Of a stretch of DNA of 64,000 nucleotides, positions 48,863 to 59,100 are shown piece by piece; position 1 is the stretch's first letter, and every line of letters starts with the position of its first letter. The position numbers and the translations under genes are program-made. Where the stretch lies: contig OZ240245.1 in the NCBI GenBank assembly GCA_965198175.1, positions 2,880,001-2,944,000 on the forward strand, in the 5' to 3' direction. Below the pieces are notes generated by a model. That model ran no database searches. It was not told the origin of the DNA and worked only from the letters and a program-made list of their open reading frames with translations. Source of the stretch: Candidatus Poribacteria bacterium (lineage in GTDB: Bacteria > Poribacteria > WGA-4E > PCPOR2b).

Positions 48863-50590
48863 ATGAACCAACCGAGCCAATTACAATTTGGTAACTACGC
48901 CGTAGGGCGTATGTTAACTGCCAGAGAAGTCGATTATCCAGATTCAGATGAGCATCTCATAGGAATCCTGCGGTCATTCAATTACGAAGCAGTTTTGATT
49001 ACCCTAGCAAGAGTAAATCTCCTTCTCCAGCGTACCAACGACCTTATTAATTGCGAGCGTATCCTCCGGCAAAATTTCTGCTCTCGCTTCTTGCGAGGTA
49101 TAATTGAGAGGAGGGGCCTCGCAGGAGATATGATCTTCAACAGAGAGTCCTCTCTTCACCTGTTAAGCAAGTGTGCTACTGTTTCTGACCGGAATTCTTC
49201 TCGTGTTCCAGATACCACAGTCGATGCTATGCACGAACTGCTGAGGTGCTATCTAATCGTTAACGGATATGATGATATGGAGCCTTTTGATTCAAAAACA
49301 AACTCAATGGAAGAAGAACTAAAAGAGTTTTTGGCAGCATCAATTCCGACTATCGAATACGCAATCAATTCTTCGCCCAGACGTCACATCAAGCATACTC
49401 TGGTTCAGTCTAAGGAATTCCTCGTGCGGCTTCAGACAAAAGCCTCGACATTCGACGTGAACGATGCATTCGTTCAGGCGACAGGTTTGACCGTACAGGA
49501 CTACCAAAATCTTGTCTTTAGTGTATACGCAGTTGTTAGGAGTTTCTCTCAAGAGGAAATACTCAACGGCAAGAAGTTTTATTTCGGTACTAAGACATCG
49601 GAAACACTTAAGCCGTTGTATGACAAATTTCTGCAACACACCTGCATTTCAATTGACGAACTTACACACCGTGCTGAAACAATGAGTTCTCTACCACGTG
49701 AGTTTCGCCTGTGGCGGAAGTACCCCCTTGTGAGGCTGAGCGAAAACCGACTTATGTGCATCGACATCGGTTTCCTAGTGGACAAACTTGAAACTGGAGT
49801 TTTTTGGATTATTCGAGATCAACTCGAAAAGGAACAAATCGGCACCGGCGAACAACTGATTGGCTTACGTGGTCAGGTATTCGAGGATTATGCTGCGTCA
49901 ATTATTGAACGCGGAATCAATGCGCAAGCGCCTCCTTGGGCGGAAAGTGTTTTTATTCGTCCAAGATATGTCTCGAGGCAAAGAGAAGAGTGTACCGATA
50001 TTGCAATTTGCGGAAATGATATCCTAATCCTAGTCGAATGCAAAGCACCGCTATTATCTGCCGAAGCAAAGTTCAGCCGCGATCCATCGGCATTCTACAA
50101 CGGAATCAAGCCCAGCGTCATTAAGGGCATAGAGCAACTGCGGGATTCCATTCAGAATTTGGGCCACACTGACAAAAAGAAAAGGCGACAGTTTGACGGG
50201 ATTAATATATCAAAGATTAAAAAGATTTATCCGGTTCTGGTGCTTCCCGACCGCCTTTTCTCGTTTCCAGGAATGAACACGTTCTTGAACGCGGAATTCC
50301 AACGCCTTGTGAGATACAACGTACTAAAAAAGCATTTACATGACCTGTGTTTAACTGTGTTAACGATAACTAATCTTGAAGATTTGGAGCCCTATCTTTG
50401 CGATAAACCCTTCCATGCTCACTTGGAAACATGGCTACAGGAATTTGAAAAGGACGAATTCTTCTCGTTCAGCCAGTATTTATGGTCATTGAGGCAAAAC
50501 GAAGCGCGCGAAAACTCTCACGTAGATAACGAATTTGAGCAGATTATTTCCAACATGGGTGAATATTTCTCCTCACACAATCTCAATTGA
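48863..50590 (+). CDS. Hypothetical protein with C-terminal PD-(D/E)xK (NERD-like) nuclease fold
   Basis: GQVFEDY...ECTDIAI...LVECKA...KGIEQL pattern; long helical N-terminus. Confidence 0.65.
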   Translation: MNQPSQLQFGNYAVGRMLTAREVDYPDSDEHLIGILRSFNYEAVLITLARVNLLLQRTNDLINCERILRQNFCSRFLRGIIERRGLAGDMIFNRESSLHLLSKCATVSDRNSSRVPDTTVDAMHELLRCYLIVNGYDDMEPFDSKTNSMEEELKEFLAASIPTIEYAINSSPRRHIKHTLVQSKEFLVRLQTKASTFDVNDAFVQATGLTVQDYQNLVFSVYAVVRSFSQEEILNGKKFYFGTKTSETLKPLYDKFLQHTCISIDELTHRAETMSSLPREFRLWRKYPLVRLSENRLMCIDIGFLVDKLETGVFWIIRDQLEKEQIGTGEQLIGLRGQVFEDYAASIIERGINAQAPPWAESVFIRPRYVSRQREECTDIAICGNDILILVECKAPLLSAEAKFSRDPSAFYNGIKPSVIKGIEQLRDSIQNLGHTDKKKRRQFDGINISKIKKIYPVLVLPDRLFSFPGMNTFLNAEFQRLVRYNVLKKHLHDLCLTVLTITNLEDLEPYLCDKPFHAHLETWLQEFEKDEFFSFSQYLWSLRQNEARENSHVDNEFEQIISNMGEYFSSHNLN

Positions 50591-50636
50591 TAATGATAAG
50601 TACCGAATCGCAACTTCACTGAAAAGAAAGACATAT

Positions 50637-50981
50637 ATGGATCTCACTCGCCTCTTCGAATTTATCAGCCCCGAATCAATTCGAATTAAAGGCACACGCG
50701 TCGGTATCGAAATTGTTATTGAGAAATTTCTTGACGGCGCAAGTCCGGAGGAAATTAGGAGACACCATCCACATCTTACGCTTAAGCAGATTTATGGAGC
50801 AATTACCTACTACCTGTTCAATAAAGAGATACTTGACGACTATATTGAAACTGAACGCAAGCAGGCTGAAGCCGCCTATCATGAACAGCGAAAAAATCCC
50901 TCGCCGGGCGTCGCGCGGCTCATGAAGCTCAATGCCCAGCGTGAAGCCTCACAATTACAACTCCGTGAAGAAACGGAATGA
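50637..50981 (+). CDS. DUF433-family antitoxin-like protein (second)
   Basis: IRIKGTRVGIEIVI..FLDGASPEEI...PHLTLKQIYGAITYYL. Confidence 0.85.
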   Translation: MDLTRLFEFISPESIRIKGTRVGIEIVIEKFLDGASPEEIRRHHPHLTLKQIYGAITYYLFNKEILDDYIETERKQAEAAYHEQRKNPSPGVARLMKLNAQREASQLQLREETE

Positions 50982-51082
50982 GCAGAAGCCGAGATGCCAC
51001 TGGCAGCAGCGAAACATGAGAGATTTCTTGGTCCAATAGCGTAAATCACCTTACCATTGTGTTCGATTTAACGGACTTCAAA

Positions 51083-54000
51083 ATGCCAAACCCTTACAGC
51101 GAAGACCAACTCGTAGAACAACCCGCCATCGCCCTGCTCGAAGAACTCGGATGGGAGACGCTGGACTGTTACGGCGAATTCGATCAGGGCAGTAGTCCGC
51201 TCGGTAGAGAGCACAGGGACGAGGTTGTTTTGACATCGAGGTTACGCGCCGCACTGGAACGTCTAAACCCCGATGCGTCGGTTGCGGCAGTTGACGCAGC
51301 GATTGAGGAGTTGACCAAATTCCGTGCGACTATGAGCCTCGTCGAAGCCAACTGGGAGATTTACAGCCTGCTGAAGGATGGCGTGAAAGTTACCGACACG
51401 GCGCCGGACGACGAAGGCGAAACCGTCGTAGACCTAAAGGTGATTGACTGGGAGTATCCGGAGAACAATGATTTCTTTTTGGCGTCACAGTTCTGGATTA
51501 CCGGCGAGATGTACACCCGAAGACCGGACGCAGTCGGCTTCATTAACGGGCTGCCGTTGGTGCTAATGGAGTTCAAACGGCTCGACGAAAATGTCTACGC
51601 TGCCTTCAACTACAATCTCCGGGACTATAAAGACACGATTCCCCATCTATTCTGGTACAACTCGCTGGTTATCCTCTCCAACGGCTCAGAGAGCCGCGTC
51701 GGCAGCCTCACAGCCAGTTGGGAACACTTCGCCGAATGGAAACGAATTGAAGGTGAAGATGAAACCGCGGCGGTTTCGTTGGAGACAATCCTGCGCGGGC
51801 TCTGCGACCATCGGCGGCTGCTTGACATCGTTGAGAACTTCACCATCTTCATGAAACCCCAAGGCGGATCAATCAAGCTCACCGCCAAGAACCATCAATA
51901 TCTAGGGGTGAACAACGCGATTGAAGCCTTGAAAGGTATTGAATCCAATCGCGGAAAGCTCGGTGTCTTCTGGCATACACAGGGCAGCGGGAAGGGCGTC
52001 TCAATGCTCTTTTTCGCACAGAAGGTTCTCAGGAAAATTCCGGGTAACTGGACCTTTGTCGTCGTTACGGATCGAAAAGAGTTGGACACTCAAATCTACA
52101 AAACTTTCGCCAGTGCGCGCGGAGTTGTGGGGCATCAGGAGGTTCACGCAGAAAGTGTAGCGCACCTCCGTCAACTCCTACGGGAAGACCATCGCTACAT
52201 TTTCACACTGATCCAAAAATTCCAGACCAAAGGTGCTGAGAAACACCCAGTTCTTTCAAATCGATCAGATATTGTCGTCATTACCGATGAATCCCACCGC
52301 AGCCAGTACGACGCATTGGCATTCAACATGCGTACAGCGCTGCCCAATGCGGCGTTTATCGCTTTCACTGGGACGCCACTAATCGCTGGTGAGCAAAAGA
52401 CCCGTCAAGTGTTTGGGGAATATGTCTCAATCTACGACTTCAAGCAGTCGGTTGAGGACAGCGCCACCGTACCGCTCTATTACGAAAACCGCGTTCCCGC
52501 CGTGCAATTAGTAAACGAGGATCTCAACGAAGATTTCGCACAAATCCTTGAGGCGGCGGACCTTGATGAAACTCAGGAAAACAGGATTGAGCGGGAGTTT
52601 GCCACACAGTATCACGTGATCACGCGTGATGAACGCTTGGAAGCTGTCTCGGAAGATGTTGTCTCGCATTTCATGGGGCGCGGATATCGGGGTAAGGCGA
52701 TGGTCATCTCAATTGACAAAGCCACCGCTGTCAAGATGTATGACAAAGTGCAAAAGCATTGGGAAGATTACCTTGTGGCGTTGAAGGTTAAAATAAAGGA
52801 CGCCGCTGGAGACACCGAACGTAAACCCCTTGAGGCAAAAATCCAATACATGAAAGAGACTGATATGGCAGTGGTGGTCTCCCAGTCGCAGAACGAAATT
52901 GACGATTTGAAAGAGAAGGGCGTGAACATTGTGCCGCACCGGGCTCGTATGGTCGCTGAGGACTTGGATACCAGATTCAAAGACCCTGACGATCCGTTCC
53001 GAATTGTTTTCGTCTGTTCGATGTGGATGACCGGCTTTGATGTGCCGGCTTGTTCGACGATTTATCTTGACAAACTGCAACGCAACCATACCTTGATGCA
53101 GACAATCGCCAGAGCCAACCGAGTCTTCGGAGACAAAGTCAACGGCTTGGTTGTTGATTATATCGGAATCTTCCGCAATCTTGAGCGCGCGTTGGCGATT
53201 TATGCGGAAGGCACCGATGAGGATGGTAGGCACCCAATTCGGGATAAATCGGAGCTTGTCGTGGTACTCCGAGGTGCAATCGCTGAAGTCAATGAGTTTT
53301 GTGCGCACCGCGGCGTTGACCTCGCCAAGATTGAGGCGGCGGAACCAGAAACTTTTGAACGAGCTCGTCGAATCAACGACGCAGTTGACAAGCTACTGGT
53401 CAACGATGAAACTAAACGTGATTATTTGCAACGCGCAAATAACATCTCCAAGCTATACAAGGCGATTCTTCCCGATTCCGCGGTGAATGAATTTAGGGAA
53501 ATCTGCAGCCTCATCAAGCTGATTGCGGAAAAAATCAAAAACCTGGCGCCATCGGCGGATCCCTCCGATGTGAGGAAGGAAATTGAAGACCTACTGGACC
53601 AGTCAATCCTGCCGACAGGTTACATCATAAAGGAAGAAGGGGACTATAAAACTAATCAGATCGTCGATTTGAGTCAGATCGACTTCGATCAACTCCGTGA
53701 AAGATTCAAGACGCAACGCAAGCAGATTGAAGCCGAAAAACTCAGGGGCGCAATAAACAGGAAACTATCCCAGATGATTCGGCTAAATAAAACACGAATG
53801 GATTATCAGGAAAGATTCGCGCAGATCATCGCAGAGTATAACGATGCCGCAATTGACGTTGATGTGTGGCTCGAACAAATGATCGCTTTGGCGGGAGAAC
53901 TTAATGAGGAGGAAAAACGTACCGTCGCCGAGCAACTGTCTGAGGAGGAATTAACAGTGTTTGACCTGCTCACCCACCCCGAACCCGAATTGACTGAATC

Positions 54001-54250
54001 CGAAAAGAAACAGTCCAAAGATGTTGCCCGAAAGCTGCTTGAGACACTCAAACGGGAGAAACTCGTCCTTGATTGGCGCAAACAACAACAATCTCGAGCC
54101 GTCGTTAAGCTCAGTGTTCGAGAGATACTCGATGAACTGCCGGAATGTTATGCCCGGGACGTATACGATCAGAAATGTGCAGCCGTGTATCAACACATCT
54201 TCGAGTCATACTACGGAAATGGCAAGAGCATTTATGAAGTTGCGGCGTGA
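51083..54250 (+). CDS. hsdR: Type I restriction endonuclease subunit R
   Basis: RPD..INGLPLVLMEFK nuclease motif, HTQGSGK, DESHRSQ, FTGTP, MWMTGFD, QTIARANR. Confidence 0.97.
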   Translation: MPNPYSEDQLVEQPAIALLEELGWETLDCYGEFDQGSSPLGREHRDEVVLTSRLRAALERLNPDASVAAVDAAIEELTKFRATMSLVEANWEIYSLLKDGVKVTDTAPDDEGETVVDLKVIDWEYPENNDFFLASQFWITGEMYTRRPDAVGFINGLPLVLMEFKRLDENVYAAFNYNLRDYKDTIPHLFWYNSLVILSNGSESRVGSLTASWEHFAEWKRIEGEDETAAVSLETILRGLCDHRRLLDIVENFTIFMKPQGGSIKLTAKNHQYLGVNNAIEALKGIESNRGKLGVFWHTQGSGKGVSMLFFAQKVLRKIPGNWTFVVVTDRKELDTQIYKTFASARGVVGHQEVHAESVAHLRQLLREDHRYIFTLIQKFQTKGAEKHPVLSNRSDIVVITDESHRSQYDALAFNMRTALPNAAFIAFTGTPLIAGEQKTRQVFGEYVSIYDFKQSVEDSATVPLYYENRVPAVQLVNEDLNEDFAQILEAADLDETQENRIEREFATQYHVITRDERLEAVSEDVVSHFMGRGYRGKAMVISIDKATAVKMYDKVQKHWEDYLVALKVKIKDAAGDTERKPLEAKIQYMKETDMAVVVSQSQNEIDDLKEKGVNIVPHRARMVAEDLDTRFKDPDDPFRIVFVCSMWMTGFDVPACSTIYLDKLQRNHTLMQTIARANRVFGDKVNGLVVDYIGIFRNLERALAIYAEGTDEDGRHPIRDKSELVVVLRGAIAEVNEFCAHRGVDLAKIEAAEPETFERARRINDAVDKLLVNDETKRDYLQRANNISKLYKAILPDSAVNEFREICSLIKLIAEKIKNLAPSADPSDVRKEIEDLLDQSILPTGYIIKEEGDYKTNQIVDLSQIDFDQLRERFKTQRKQIEAEKLRGAINRKLSQMIRLNKTRMDYQERFAQIIAEYNDAAIDVDVWLEQMIALAGELNEEEKRTVAEQLSEEELTVFDLLTHPEPELTESEKKQSKDVARKLLETLKREKLVLDWRKQQQSRAVVKLSVREILDELPECYARDVYDQKCAAVYQHIFESYYGNGKSIYEVAA

Positions 54251-54341
54251 TTAACGTCCGTTAGTATACCCATTATTCAACCCAATCCCCGAAGAGTTCG
54301 CCATAGTGTAGAAATACTTTCTTTGACTAAGGGAGGAAAAC

Positions 54342-55133
54342 ATGAGTCCCACAAACACTGACGAAAGCTGGAAAACCGAAATGACAGTCACCGATGAACA
54401 GGTGGCTTTCTACAATGAGAACGGTTATCTCAAATTTGGCAGGATTTTTACGCAAGGGGAATTAGACGAATTGCGCGATTACGTAGACAGCATGATCGCA
54501 GCACTCCCCGAAGGCAAACGCCCAGAACACATGGACGTGCCGCACTTTGAACACCCCTATCTGTTTAAGTACCTCGCAGATGCGCGTGTGCTGGATGCGA
54601 TTGAACGCTTCATCGGACCTGATATTCTTCTCTGGTCGAGCCACTTTATCAGCAAACGAAAGAGCGACGGTCTTCCGGCGCCGTGGCATCAGGACGGCGT
54701 CTACTGGGATGGACGCTTGCAACCGATGCACGTTATCACGCTGTGGCTCGCGGTGGACGAATCAGCAGTCCAAAACGGTTGCATGCGCGTGATCGCTGGC
54801 AGCCATAAACTCAGGGATCGACGGTACGAGGGGGTTGATCCGGATAAGCACATATTTGGCAGCGAAGTCGTCGCTGAGGATATGGATGCGTCCAGGATTG
54901 TCGATCTGGAGTTGGCGGTCGGCGAATGCCATTTCCACGATGGGTTTACCATCCACGGCTCCGCCGCAAACACCTCGCAACAGCGTCGATGCGGCTATAC
55001 GATGCGCTACATGCCTGCGGATGTCCGCTGCCATGACCCGTCGTTGAGACCTGATCATCATATCTATCTGCTGCGTGGTGCGGATCGAACGAGCGGTTTC
55101 AACACTTACACCCCGGTACCGGATTTTTCCTGA
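54342..55133 (+). CDS. Phytanoyl-CoA dioxygenase (PhyH) family enzyme
   Basis: FYNENGYL, WHQD, NGCMRVIAGSH, HGSAANTS..RR. Confidence 0.92.
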   Translation: MSPTNTDESWKTEMTVTDEQVAFYNENGYLKFGRIFTQGELDELRDYVDSMIAALPEGKRPEHMDVPHFEHPYLFKYLADARVLDAIERFIGPDILLWSSHFISKRKSDGLPAPWHQDGVYWDGRLQPMHVITLWLAVDESAVQNGCMRVIAGSHKLRDRRYEGVDPDKHIFGSEVVAEDMDASRIVDLELAVGECHFHDGFTIHGSAANTSQQRRCGYTMRYMPADVRCHDPSLRPDHHIYLLRGADRTSGFNTYTPVPDFS

Positions 55134-55230
55134 GTGATAAGCTGAGAACTTTTATTTTCTAACGCATTACCGACGTGGTATACTCATTATAAAATTTAAT
55201 CCCCCAAGAAATGACCTTGGCGGAGGACAA

Positions 55231-55905
55231 ATGACGAACATAGAAACCGACGATCCCAACGACTACGGACGTCGCCGTCTAGATCACGCTATGGAGATGC
55301 AGCAGAGAGGGTTCCTAGAGGTTGCCATCCCATACTACACTGAAGTCATATCGCTAGACCAAGTCGGCCCTGCCATTTTGAATGATGCCAGTGACAAACG
55401 TGGGGAGTGTTACCTCAAAAAAGGCGATTTTGAGTATGCCATCAAAGATTTTGACCGAGTGATAAAAGAGATGCCTGACGGCACCGATTTCGCCAGAGTC
55501 TATAAGAATCGCGCTACTGCTCACTTCCGCGCAGGCAATTTTGACTGCGCCATCGAAGACTTTACCAAGGCGATAGAACTGAAGCCCGATTATGCCGGCG
55601 TCTACCGCGTTCGCGGCGTGGTTTACTGCAAAAAGGGCGAGCTTAACCTTGCAATTGAGGACTTTACGAAGGTGATAGAACTGAAGCCCAATTATGCCAT
55701 AACCTATTACAACCGAGGTGTGGCGTGGTTGCACGTGGGGGAGTGGGAAAGAGCCAAGTCAGACCTGATGAACTCTACGCGCATGAAGATGAATAATATT
55801 GCTGCCTTCCGGAACGATTACGCATGCGTTGAGGACTTCGAGCGGAAACACGGAATTCAACTGCCGGCTAACATCACCGCATTGCTTAAGCCACATAAGC
55901 CGTGA
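55231..55905 (+). CDS. Tetratricopeptide repeat protein
   Basis: Repeated AIEDFTKAIELKPDY-type 34-aa units. Confidence 0.92.
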   Translation: MTNIETDDPNDYGRRRLDHAMEMQQRGFLEVAIPYYTEVISLDQVGPAILNDASDKRGECYLKKGDFEYAIKDFDRVIKEMPDGTDFARVYKNRATAHFRAGNFDCAIEDFTKAIELKPDYAGVYRVRGVVYCKKGELNLAIEDFTKVIELKPNYAITYYNRGVAWLHVGEWERAKSDLMNSTRMKMNNIAAFRNDYACVEDFERKHGIQLPANITALLKPHKP

Positions 55906-56180
55906 ATGATGACAGACTGAGAACGCTTCGTCCGCATCATCCAGATTCGAACGTGTCCTCCCTTGAAACCTTGATGGAGTGTCTGCTATAATGGTTGCAT
56001 GGATTGGCGACTCATGAGCTTGTCTCCGTGGAGGCTAGTGCGAATGACTTGTCTGAAGGACAATTCCCGAATCGACACCTTTTCTGTTGACCTCAATCCG
56101 AAGTGTTCAATGCCGGCTCTGAACCGAACATCTCGAGAATCGAATCAATCGCAGTTCAACCGGAAAGGAGAAAACCTCTG

Positions 56181-59100
56181 ATGAAAAAAGCGCTCTTTTT
56201 CGGCATCGCCCTCTGGTATGTCTCATTACAATTTCTATCCAGCGCACCCGCGCAAGAGTACTCACGATGGAACTTGCCCGAAGGAGCTATACTGCGCCTC
56301 GGTAAAGGGACGGCATATGACCTCGCATATTCACCAGATGGTGCTGAACTTGCAGTGGCGAGCAGTATCGGGGTCTGGCTCTATAATGCCCACACCGGCG
56401 CGGAAATCGCCCTACTCACAGGGCACCCGGATGGCGCGCGTTCCGTAGCCTTCTCGCCGGATGGTAAGACGCTCGCCAGTGGGGGTTCGGAGCATGTCGT
56501 CAGCGGAAGTTGGGACGGCACGATTCGGTTGTGGGACGCCGCCACAAGGGCACATATCCTTACCCTTGAGGGGCATGAGCGCGAGGTCAATTCCGTCGCT
56601 TTCTCACCAGATGGAAGCACCCTTGCCAGTGGGAGTGCGGACAATACGATTCGCTTGTGGGATGTCGTGACGGGGGAACACAGGCGTACGCTAAAGGGGC
56701 ACACGATTCGCGTTAACTCTGTAGCGTATTCCCCGGATGGAAAAATTCTCGCCAGTGGGAGTAGCGATAAGACGATTCGCTTGTGGGATGCTGTGACTGG
56801 AAAACGCAAGCGTACCCTTAAGGGGCATACGAGTAGAGTCAATTCTGTTGTGTACTCCCCAGATGGACGTACCCTCGCTAGTAGGAGTAACGACAAGACG
56901 ATTCGCTTGTGGAATGCTATAACGGGAAAGCACGAGTTTACTCTTGGGGGGCATACGATGGGGTTGGATTCCATTGCATATTCCCCAGATAGTAGCACCA
57001 TTGCAAGTGGGAACGAGTTCGATGCAATTCAGTTAAGGGATGCCACCACTGGAGGACTCAAGCAGACCATTGAGCGGACCGGGTTGGTCAATGTCGTCGC
57101 ATATTCGCCAGATGGGCGCACTCTCGCCAGTAGTAGTGAGTATGGTACAATTCAGTTGTGGGATGCTGTAACGGGCAGACTCAAAGAGACCCTTGAAGGG
57201 CATGGGATCGGAATTCATTCCGTCGCGGTCTCCCCGGATAATCAAATCATCGCCAGTGCGAGTTTTACGACTCGGTTGTGGGATGTTAACACGGGACAAC
57301 CCAAGCCGATTCGCAAAGGGCAAAAGGGAGCCTTCTCGATAGCGCTTTCCCCGGATAACCGCACACTTGCCGCCGGGAGTTATGACGGGACAATTCCGTC
57401 ATGGAATGCTCACACAGGCGACCACAAGGGGACGCTTGATGGACATAAGGATTGCGTCTATTCTGTCGCCTTCACCCCAGATGGGAACATTCTCGCTAGT
57501 GGGAGTAAGGACAAGACGATACGCCTGTGGGATTTCGTCACAAGGGAGCTCAAGCAAACGCTAAAGAAACATAAGGGGGAGGTCAAATGTGTTGTGTTTT
57601 CCCCTGATGGGCGTACCCTAGCCAGTGGAAGCGAGGACAAGACAGTTCGGTTGTGGGATGTCGTCTCCGGGAAACTAAAGAATACCTTGGAGGGACATAC
57701 AGGTATGGTCAACTCCGTTACGTTTTCTCCGGGTGGTAAAACCCTCGCCAGCGGAAGTTCGGATAGGACCATTCGGCTATGGGACGCAGTGGCGGGAAAA
57801 CACCAGCGAACGCTTAAGGGACATACGGGGATCATTGAGTGCATCACATACTCGCCAGATGGAGGTACCATCGCCGCCGGAAGTTGGGACAAAACGATTC
57901 GGTTGTGGAATGCAATAACCGGAGCACACAAAGGTACCATTGAGGGACATACGGACGCTGTCGAGTCCATCGCATTTTCACCAGACGGGAACACCCTCGT
58001 CAGCGGAAGCAGGGACGGGACAATCCTTACCTGGTCCGTTGACTTAGCGACAGCCTCGCCACCTTTGAGAGAGCCGGCTAAAGTTATTGGACATCAGCCC
58101 GCTGGGGAGTATATAAGGTGGAGTTTGCCCGAAGGGGCTATACTGCGCCTCGGTAAAGGGACAACATACGACCTCGCGTATTCACCAGATGGCGCTCGGC
58201 TCGCCGTGGCAACTAGTATCGGGATTTGGCTCTATAATGCCCACACTGGCGCAGAAACCGCCCTGTTTGCTGGGCACATGGATGGGGAGCGCTCCGTCGC
58301 GTTTTCCCCGGATGGTAAAACGCTTGCTAGTGGAAGCATGTGGAATTTCCGTGGTGGGAGAGTGAGAAGTACGATTCGGTTGTGGAATGTCGCCACAGGG
58401 GAACTCAAGCAAACGCTTGAAGGACACATCCTTGATACCAATGCCGTTTCGTTCTCCCCGGATGGAAACACCCTCGCTAGTGGGGGTTTTGGAAAGATTC
58501 GACTGTGGGATATCGTAACAGGGGAAATCAAGCATTCCCTTGAAGGGCATAAATACCACGTTTACTCTGTGGCGTTTTCCCCAGATGGAAACACCCTCGC
58601 CAGCGGCGGCGCGGACAACAAGATTCGGCTGTGGGATATCGTGTCCGGAAAACTCAAACGCACACTGAAAGGGCATGCGGGCCGGGTCAATTCCGTCGCC
58701 TATTCACCGGATGGTAAAACCCTTGCCAGTGGAAGTGAAGACCAAACGATTCGGCTATGGGACGCCGTAACGGGTAAGCGCAAGAAGACTCTTCGCCGGA
58801 ACACACGAACTTTTGCCCAGTTATGGAAGCACGTGAAGCGGACATTAAAAGGACATACAAGAGGGGTCAAATCCGTGGCTTATTCCCCGGATGGCAGTAC
58901 CCTTGTTAGTGGCGGCGAAATGATTCGGTTGTGGGATGCCAACACAGGAGAAATCAGACGTACCCATACTGTTTCGTGCGATGCTATTGCGTATTCGCCA
59001 GATGGGAACACGCTTGCAATCGGGAGTGAATACGGTACAATTCAGTTGGTGGACGCCGTGACGGGCAGATACAAGCGGACCCTTGAAGGGCATGAGATTG

